A stretch of DNA of 20,000 nucleotides from Perkinsus olseni (taxonomy: Eukaryota): NCBI GenBank assembly GCA_013115125.1, contig JABANN010000112.1, forward strand, positions 50,123 to 70,122, written 5' to 3'. The position numbers were made by a program, and so were the translations under genes. Positions 1 through 8,246 of the stretch are shown here, in pieces (the first letter of the stretch is position 1; each line of letters begins with the position of its first letter). The notes under the pieces were generated by a model that saw only the letters and a list, made by a program, of their open reading frames with translations, was not told the DNA's origin and did not search any database.

Positions 1-53
1 GGAACTCCGAAACGGGGGTCCCGGATTCGATTCCCACTGCCTGCATTCATTAC

Positions 54-1497
54 TCGCAATGAAGCGTTCCCTTTCTCTGCATAACTTTGCATTTTCTACA
101 ATAAATCCTCCTCTGGCTCGGCAGCCACTGCTCTTCTCCAAAATCATCATCAGCCTCATCATAACTTTCCTGGGGGTGTACTCGCAGAAGGCCGGGATCC
201 GAGAGGAGCGCACAGCGAAGAAATGTGAATAACGACGAAATCTGAGCGGAGAGTGCTCGCCGGCCGAAGACGTGATTTCGATACGCCTGGAAGGTCGACA
301 CTCTATCGTTTGCTAGCCATAGTCAGGCTTCGGCGAATCAGATTCCACCTTGAAACTTCCCTGAGCGCGAAAGACAGAAGGCTTAACGTTATCAATTCGT
401 CTACAGGCCCCCTTCAGAATACTGCAAGTCACCCACAAATTACCGCACAGAAAGATGCAATCATGTAACGAGTTGCAAACCTCTATCCCCACTTTCAATG
501 AACCCCAGGAGAGGACTGGTTGCCGAATGGCATCAATGCAGCGAGCTGGAACTTACCGTCAAAATGGTGCCTACGAGCCCTTGAACCTTCCGTTGGTTTT
601 CTGACACCTCTAGCCGTGGTGTGAGCATCCAAGCAAATCCAAAACCAATACCAATGATCACTCCGACCATCACAATAATAGCGTACCTGTAGAGGAAAAT
701 GCATATGCGTGTAATAATCCATACCACTCCTTTCCTTACCAATGCGGACCTATATAAAGTACTACTCCCAGGGGGCCTTTGAAGACCCTGACGCGTCCGT
801 AATGTTGCACCTCCCGCGTCGCCCGCATTTCCCGAAATTCATGGGAGGCCTCAAAACTCATGAAAATCAAACCGTTCTCGTCCAACTCCATCTCATCATT
901 CGAATCATCATCTCGCGAAGAGCAGCTACTCGACGCAGAGTCCCAGCTTTCGAAACTATCGAAGCGCTTTCGATGTGAATCTCGCTCGCCCGTAGGATAT
1001 GCCTCCAAACGAACCTCATCCGAATCGCCGAAAACCCGATCGTTGTCGAACGATTCCTGAAATGAGGCGAAGCAATGAGCACCGAAATCTAATCAGTACA
1101 CACGAACTTCCCAAAATACGGCCTTTAACCAACCGATTTTCCGCGTGTAGTAAACCCCTCCCCCACGTTTGTAATCTCGCTTAGAAATCAGTAGCAATGC
1201 TGTAGCGTAGTATTCTCTTCGGCTTTGAACTGGACTTTTGAAATGCACGAACAAGATCAAGTAGCAAGGTAGATGACCACTCGAGTGTACAAACGGACAT
1301 TTTTAACGAGCCTCTAAATTCGACCCCCCTCTCCTTTCCCTCCAAACTACCCGTAGATAATCCACGGATCCTTCCTCATCTCGACCGCGTTGGTATCCCG
1401 AACTTGATGAAGATGCGCCATCAAGCGTCCGCGGCGTGATCGGCAAGGTCAGCTTCGGCGGGCCAGCTCCGTAGTTGCCATCAGCCTTTTGACTCAT
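54..1497 (-). CDS. DHHC-type palmitoyl S-acyltransferase, 5' part (spliced; runs off the window's left edge). Exons 1497-1351, 1056-740, 686-557, 241-54
   Basis: GT-AG junctions join in frame to give ...LYIGPHW-YAIIVMVGVIIGIGFGFAW (TM)...VGTILT-ISSLFTFLRCALLSDPG...CRKCKVMQRKGTLHCE. TM-TM-DPG followed by CxxC...HC is the start of the DHHC cysteine-rich domain. The DHHC tetrapeptide itself lies outside the window. Exon 1 is the least certain. Confidence 0.8.
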
Positions 1498-1912
1498 TTC
1501 GGAAATGCAACCGTTTTAAATTGCAGAATTAAATCTAACAAATATAGGTTCAATGAAGGCACGCCAATTAGCGAGACTCCTGAAGGAACGAAGTGACCGG
1601 ACAGTTACTTCGGCAATGCGCTGAATAGTTCCTGTAGACCCCTCAATCACGGTGTGTTTGATCAAGCTGACTCCCGAGTTCATTAGAAAGGACTCCGACG
1701 AAGAAGTGGCGTAGCGCAGAAGAATGCACTTGGGAGTGCAGTGAAGCCCAGAAACCAATCCGGCTATCCCTTAGAGCAATGCAACTCCCACAGGCCAATC
1801 GTCACGCGCCACAAAACTCCTCCTGTTACATGGTCATAGTCAACACAATAGCAAGTGGATGAAACACAGAAACTCCCGGCGGTTTCAAACATGACAATCA
1901 CACCAGAAAACC

Positions 1913-3768
1913 TCACACAAACTCGACCTGAAGGAGTGATAGATTTACACAAAATAAGCGAGCATCAATCCTCGATTCAGTTGGTCCAGAACCGCACGGA
2001 GCTAGACGAATTTTGGAAGACTAGCCAATGACGATTTCAGATCCTTTTCACTAGGACCTATCCCAGAAAATCCGAATGAGTCCGTAGTCATTCCTCAATG
2101 ACATGGTAGTTGTATTCAATAACCCTTATTGAATAGCGCGATGACGGAATGATGTGGTATCATCCACAAGAGAGGTGAATTACCTGAGCCCCAGTGGACT
2201 CCATCTTCTTCTTGATCTCTTCAGCGTGCTCTAAAGGTACGCCTTTCTTGATAACCTGGCATTCACCAGGTGCATGAGTAGCGCACGAAAACTCATATCG
2301 ATTAACCGTTTCACAACTACTAACTGTTCTGGGACCCTAGAGGAACATATGTCTATCAAAGAGCTCCAACGGACTGCTGATGTAATTGGGTAAATTATTC
2401 CGCCCCTCCTCGATCTAATACCGTTGGACATCCTTCCACCGCATCCTTCGCCTCCCGAAGGCCAAGCCCAGTGACTGCTCGGACCTCCTTGATCGTCGTA
2501 ACCTAACAAATGCCATCTCCCAGATTCGAACCGGAGTCCTTTAGATTACCTTCTTCTCTGTATTGTAACTAACCAACTTGATTGTCACGACGCTCTTCGC
2601 AGGCTCTTTCTTCTTCTCGGCCGGCTTCTCCTCAGCCTCCCCACCTCCCTCCGCCGCTGTCGCTTCCCCTGAAACGCATCACACCAACCGTCCCACTCAA
2701 TTCTTATATTAACAAGGCCAGCTACCGGCAGGAGGCGAGGTCGGCTGCTGAGGAGCCCCGCCAGGCATCGGAGTGCCCATCATCATTGGCGAGGGTATCA
2801 TACCACCACCACCGAACATGGCCCCTGGATGGGGGAAGGGAGATCGGCCAGGGACACCTCCGGACCTGACAGGCCCTCTACCCCTTCACAACAGCTCATC
2901 AGATGATACTGCTATACAGCCTCCACAAGTAGTTGAAGAAAACCCATAGCACAGAACGCGTCGTTCTTGCGAACTATCATCGCCATTTATCATGTTACGA
3001 AGTGGCGGCTTGCCTCCAAGCCCACCCCGACGTTCTTGAGGAGGGATACAACCCGAGGAGCATTCCTCATGACCAAGCGTATTCTGCTTGAAACCTAAGG
3101 TGTCACTACCTGGCAGCGAGTTTCTCCTGACATAAGTCGCAGAGATCCGCAGCTTCAATAAGCGACAATGACAATATATCATCAACCAGTTTAATGACCT
3201 AGAAATACCCATCACGGGGTTCGAACCGGATACCATTCGATTACCTTATCAGACGGTTTTCGTTTCTTGGCTTCCCCAGGCGAAGCATCCATCTTTCCAT
3301 CTCCCTTATCTTTGATTTTCGCGAAGACGTCAAAGGAAGAGTCCCTGGCCGGCGCCTCAGCGCTGAATGCTCTCACTGCCGTTAACACGAGCGGAGCCTG
3401 AAGGGGATCTATCACCAAGATTCCGCCTGTACACAAGAGCTCCAGTAAAAGCGTTAGCTTTCCCGCTGTTAAAAGTTTTCCTTATACATCGCGCTGCACA
3501 CAATCAGTGATTGTACCAATTGGACTACAATCGCCAAGTCTCTCAGCACAAAGGGCGTCAGCCAACGCGCCAAGTTTACACACAACACGCTGGCTACACA
3601 CGATCAACAGACACTCAACGATCACACCGGAAGAAAAGTTGGGAAGAAGTACTTCCTGTGCACAATTTTAACGCATCGGATGAGTCCCCGCCCGCCTACC
3701 TGGTAGTATAACCGCCGAGAAATGGCAAAACAAGACCGACGGATAAGGGCTGTTGAGGAACACATCAT
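1913..3768 (-). CDS. MRPL12: Mitochondrial ribosomal protein L7/L12 (bL12m), 8 exons, about 245 aa. Exons 3768-3700, 3397-3245, 3198-3110, 2865-2726, 2668-2550, 2502-2422, 2255-2184, 1927-1913
   Basis: All junctions are GT-AG and phase-consistent (738 nt in total). The translation has an Arg/Ser-rich presequence ([35 protein letters not shown]), the L12 N-domain ([28 protein letters not shown]), a flexible hinge, and the L12 C-domain ([56 protein letters not shown]). Confidence 0.9.
2503..2549 (-). other. 47-nt spliceosomal intron consisting of a tRNA 3'-half-like sequence
   Basis: Sequence GTAATCTAAAGGAC-TCCGG-TTCGAAT-CTGGG-AGATGGC-A-TTTGTTAG. Removing it restores L7/L12 ([12 protein letters not shown]). 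Confidence 0.8.
3199..3244 (-). other. 46-nt spliceosomal intron consisting of a tRNA 3'-half-like sequence
   Basis: Sequence GTAATCGAATGGTA-TCCGG-TTCGAAC-CCCGT-GATGGGT-A-TTTCTAG. Removing it restores L7/L12 (PSDK|VIKLVDD). Confidence 0.8.
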
Positions 3769-5419
3769 GAGAAAAATATCAATAGAACATGGAGCAGCAT
3801 ATTAAAACAGACCATAAACGAGATGGTGTCCACCTGTACACGGAAGACTCACTCAATGTCCCGAGGGAGAACCTGGTCCTACGGACGAGTGCATTCGCCC
3901 CACTGACTCAACTAACGCGGAAGAACTTCTTCGTTCCTGGTTACATGTTGTGGTTCATAGTAAAGCATCAGAATAGGTTGCGATAGGACCTGGAGCGTTC
4001 GACTGATTGGAACGAAATGAGTTCCTCTGCCTGAAGTGGATACGAAGCGTCCGAGGTTTAGGTAGTTATCCCAATAGTAATCCTGAGTAATTTTTCGAGA
4101 AGGGTTTAACTATATTGTAGAAGCACGTTGCAGATCCCACTCCCTGCTTTTGGGACTCTTAACACACACGAGAGCCCGAAGAGATCTCTCTGATCGAGGG
4201 CTTATCAGCGAGTACTTTCCTCTTGCCTAGCAAAGATTCCTCAAACATACGCCACATGATGAAGTCACGTCGGTAAAGCTACCGCACAATGTGAAGCATC
4301 CTTTCAGCGTCATCCCACCTTTCGCGCAGAGATCCACGGCACTCCCGAGTCCCTATAGCTAACAGCAATATCTGGGCGGACTACAAATGAGACCAGCCAG
4401 ATAGGTGGTAGTGAGAGTAATGAGACCGCGCACAATACACCATACGCACTGTGTGGCATCCAACAGTACTTCAAGACAAGATCCCGAGTTCGAATCCCAG
4501 AAGGCCAATCCCAAATATATTCTTCAGTTCATATTCTACGCGCTGACTACGAACGCGTCTCAGTCGGGTCTCACAACAGCCTACGTGGCCGCTGCAGGGA
4601 AGCTCTGGTGAAGAGCACTCAAACTTCCACACGTTATTCGGCGATTCCGACACGGCGTATAATTAGACAGCATCCCCGAGCGGCAGGGTTCGGCGGGAGA
4701 CTTTGAGACAACTGATAGCGGGTCTGTCCGAGAGGCCGGCATCGGAAGACTCCTCACGAAGGAGTGGATTCATACGCGATCGAACCTCCCTGTGGCGGGC
4801 CTTGATCCGAACGAAGCAGGCCCTGCAAAAGGCGACGGGGTGAACCGCGGCGCCCGGCGGAGCCTCGTTAGAGTGATGTCACGAGAACCGATTGGTCCAA
4901 TTAAATCTGATCCGCCCTATATCGTATCTTGCGCGGGCAACTTCGTCAAGCTGCAAACCAAAAATCTTTCTAGGAGATTTCAAAAGCAAGAGGAGGGCAT
5001 ACAACGAGTTTCACTCTGTTAATTCGTAACCGTTGAGTATCTAAGCTTCAACCTTGCAGGATACAAAACAGGTCTGATCCAATTCCCACTCACTCGGAGG
5101 GGCTACTCTAACTGAGAGTTTCTAAGATCGGGATTGGATCAGGTCACTCTAACCCAGTTCACCATAAACCTTCCTTCATGCCGGTTCACTCTGAAGCTCG
5201 CTCAGGCCATTCTACCACCCGACTGGTCGACATAGTTCCCCATATCCCAAGCCCTCCACTTCGCGGCTCCAACAGGTCCAACCAAATGATTTCATCGCGA
5301 GACACAGCACACACAGCCTCCGTTGAGGAAATGCAAGATTGCAAGTGGTTATCGATAGCTAACTGGCATCGACGGCGAGAAAGCCTCAAGAGGCATTCAG
5401 TGACTTCTCCTCTGCCATA

Positions 5420-7600
5420 ATGAGCAGTGTCACATTAACTAACGTATTTTCTTTCGTGCCACCCGTGGTGGGTCTCTTGTGGGCCATCAAGGAGTTGGTC
5501 TATGTTCGCAGCATCAAGCTCGCCGGTCCCTACAAGGGCAAGAACGGCATGCAGGATTCCCTTGTCGCTGGTGATGCTCGTGATGTTCAGAAGATCCTCG
5601 TCGCCATGCGCGAGATCTCTTCCAACATCGCCGAGGGTGCCAATGCGTTCCTCGTCGCCGAGTACAAGTACATGATGGTCTACGTTGTTGTCTTCTCGAT
5701 CATCATCTGGCCCTGCATCGGTCTCGGTACCATGCTCTCTTTCGTCGTGGGTTCCCTCACTTCGATCGCTTGTGGTTACATTGGTATGAAGACTGCCGTC
5801 TACTGCAACGTTCGTACCGCCCACGAGTGCTGGAAGAGCCTCACCGACGGTTATGACGTCGCTCTCCGCGGTGGCTCCGTCATGGGTTTCGCCCTTGTGT
5901 CCTTGGCTGTCCTCAACTTGGCCATCCTCGTCACCATCTACAACATCCCCTCTCTCTACAACGGTGATCTTCGTGCTCTTTACGAGGCTCTCACCGGTTA
6001 CGGTTTGGGTGGTTCTTCCATCGCTCTCTTCGGTCGTGTCGGTGGTGGTATCTACACCAAGGCTGCCGATGTTGGTGCCGATCTCTCTGGCAAGAACGAG
6101 TACGGTCTTGATGAGGATGATCCGAGGAACCCCGGCTGCATCGCCGATAATGTTGGAGACAACGTCGGTGATATCGCCGGTATGGGTGCCGATTTGTTCG
6201 GTTCTTTCGCCGAGTCTACTTGCGCTGCTATGGTTATCTGCTCCGCTGCTCCCGATGCTCTTGTTTCCGGCAGCTGGTCCACCATGTTGTTCCCCTTGAT
6301 GGTCTCCTCTGTTGGTATCATCGTTGGTCTCGTCACCATGCTCACCGTTAACATCTTCTACAAGGTTAGGGTGATCGCTGATATCGAGAAGGCCCTTAAG
6401 GGTGTCCTGGTCATCTCCACCTCCTTGCAGACCCCTACCGTCGTTGCCCTCGCTTGGTGGGCTCTTCCCGCTGGCTACTTCGCCATCGACGAGGCTCATC
6501 CCGCCTGCTCCTGGGTCAAGTGTGCCGTCTGCATTCTCCTCGGTCTTTGGTCCGGTCTTTGCATCGGTTACACTACCGAGTACTACACTTCTCAGACCTA
6601 CAGACCCGTGCGTGAGATCGCCGAGTCTGAGGGTGTTTCTGCCGCTACTGGTATCATTTACGGTCTCGCCGCCGGTTACGTCTCTTGCATCGTTCCCGTC
6701 ATCTGCTTGGCTCTCACCATCTGCGTTGCCCATTCCGTCGCCGGTATGTTTGGTGTTGCTCTCGGTGCTCTTGGTATGCTCGGTACTCTCACCATGTCCC
6801 TCACCATCGATGCCTACGGTCCCATCTCGGATAACGCTGGTGGTATCGCTGAGATGTCTGAGTTGGGCCCTGAGGTCAGGGAGCGCACTGATGCCCTCGA
6901 TGCCGCTGGTAACACCACCGCTGCCATCGGTAAGGGCTTCGCCATCGGTTCCGCCGCTCTTGTGTCCCTCGCCTTGTTCGGTGCTTACTGCGTCCGCGCC
7001 AACATTTCCAAGGTTAACATTCTCGATCCCTGGACCTTCACCGGTCTTCTCTTCGGTGCTATGATGCCTTATGCCTTCTCTGCTATGACTATGAAGTCTG
7101 TCGGAAAGGCCGCCAACCAGATGGTTGAGGAGTGCATGTCGCAGTTCCCCAAGATCATCTCTGGTGAGATGAAGCCCAACTACACCAAGTGCATCAAGAT
7201 CGCCACCGACGCTTCTCTCATGGAGATGATCGCCCCTGGCTGCTTGGTCATCCTCTCCCCCCTCGTTGCCGGTCTTCTCTTCGGTAAGAACTGCACTGCC
7301 GGTCTCTTGTGTGGTGCTCTTGTCTCTGGTGTCCAGATGGCCATCTCCATGTCTAACACTGGTGGTGCTTGGGATAACGCTAAGAAGTTCATCGAAGCCG
7401 GGGGTCTTGGTCCCGAGTGCGGCAAGGGTTCTCAGGCTCACAAGAACGCCGTCACTGGTGATACCGTTGGGGACCCGCTCAAGGATACCTCTGGTCCCGC
7501 TATTAACATCGTTATTAAGCTTTCGGCCATCATGTCTCTCGTCTTCGGTGGCGTTATTGCCAAGACTTCCAACGAGAACGGTGGTCCTTTCTGGTTGTAA
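5420..7600 (+). CDS. VP1: Vacuolar/acidocalcisome H+-translocating pyrophosphatase, K+-dependent type, copy A (726 aa, intronless)
   Basis: Motifs GGGIYTKAADVGADLSGKNE, EDDPRNP, DNVGDNVGD, DAYGPISDNAGGIAEM, LDAAGNTTAAIGKG (Ala at the K+-determinant position), GGAWDNAKK and GDTVGDPLKD, with many hydrophobic helices. Confidence 0.97.
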   Translation: MSSVTLTNVFSFVPPVVGLLWAIKELVYVRSIKLAGPYKGKNGMQDSLVAGDARDVQKILVAMREISSNIAEGANAFLVAEYKYMMVYVVVFSIIIWPCIGLGTMLSFVVGSLTSIACGYIGMKTAVYCNVRTAHECWKSLTDGYDVALRGGSVMGFALVSLAVLNLAILVTIYNIPSLYNGDLRALYEALTGYGLGGSSIALFGRVGGGIYTKAADVGADLSGKNEYGLDEDDPRNPGCIADNVGDNVGDIAGMGADLFGSFAESTCAAMVICSAAPDALVSGSWSTMLFPLMVSSVGIIVGLVTMLTVNIFYKVRVIADIEKALKGVLVISTSLQTPTVVALAWWALPAGYFAIDEAHPACSWVKCAVCILLGLWSGLCIGYTTEYYTSQTYRPVREIAESEGVSAATGIIYGLAAGYVSCIVPVICLALTICVAHSVAGMFGVALGALGMLGTLTMSLTIDAYGPISDNAGGIAEMSELGPEVRERTDALDAAGNTTAAIGKGFAIGSAALVSLALFGAYCVRANISKVNILDPWTFTGLLFGAMMPYAFSAMTMKSVGKAANQMVEECMSQFPKIISGEMKPNYTKCIKIATDASLMEMIAPGCLVILSPLVAGLLFGKNCTAGLLCGALVSGVQMAISMSNTGGAWDNAKKFIEAGGLGPECGKGSQAHKNAVTGDTVGDPLKDTSGPAINIVIKLSAIMSLVFGGVIAKTSNENGGPFWL

Positions 7601-8246
7601 ACGCTGTTCGTATGCATATAGTAAAGCAATAGTACATTTACTTAGTCGCTGTTCCTGCCTTGTTCCTTTCCGATGTGTGTTCGGGTAGGTAGCCGTACAC
7701 TTTTCATCGTGGACTCCTTCATGTCGTGTTTGCAGTCGTCAAAAGGTGCCTGTTAAGGCTGAGGGTCACCAAGCTTTCAGGGAAGGATCGTCCTAGTTTA
7801 CTAGCCAGATGGTCCACAGAACTCACGGATAGCGGACTCTGCTCATCGCCTGGCTCGAGCACAGAGCTTGCCACAGTGATACTCTCAGTTCACTAGTATG
7901 GCAGCGGCAAGTTCTTAAACGAACAGAGCATGTTACGCTTGATGTGGAAGAGACATCTGTAACGAGAGAGAAAAAGGAGCTTACAAAACCATGGACGTAA
8001 GAAAGAATAAACTACCTTGGCGTCAGAACTAAAACTGCACTGAGAAAGACAGATTAGCCTTTGCTCATACTGTTCACCCTTATTGCATGTATGCTGATTA
8101 TACAGTCCTCCAGTAACGTTGAGAAGGCTAAGGCTGGTCAGCGATTCCACCAGAGCTTCTGTTGTGCATCGCTGCGCAGCCCAAGATATCATCATGGTGA
8201 AGATGGTTAAACCTCACACCGTTTGATCGTCTCATCCGTTTTGCAA

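Noticed and set aside
2511-2600. Apparent full tRNA on the minus strand (CAAGTTGGTTAG as a D-loop plus the T-arm)
   Set aside because: The D-loop-like part is L7/L12 coding sequence (IKLVS) and no acceptor stem forms. Only the intronic 3' half is tRNA-like.
5435-7441. 668-aa antisense ORF over PPase A (and the 565-aa ORF at 8697-10394 over PPase B)
   Set aside because: These are codon-aligned shadows. The sense genes avoid TTA/CTA/TCA codons, so the antisense frame lacks stops. No recognisable motifs.
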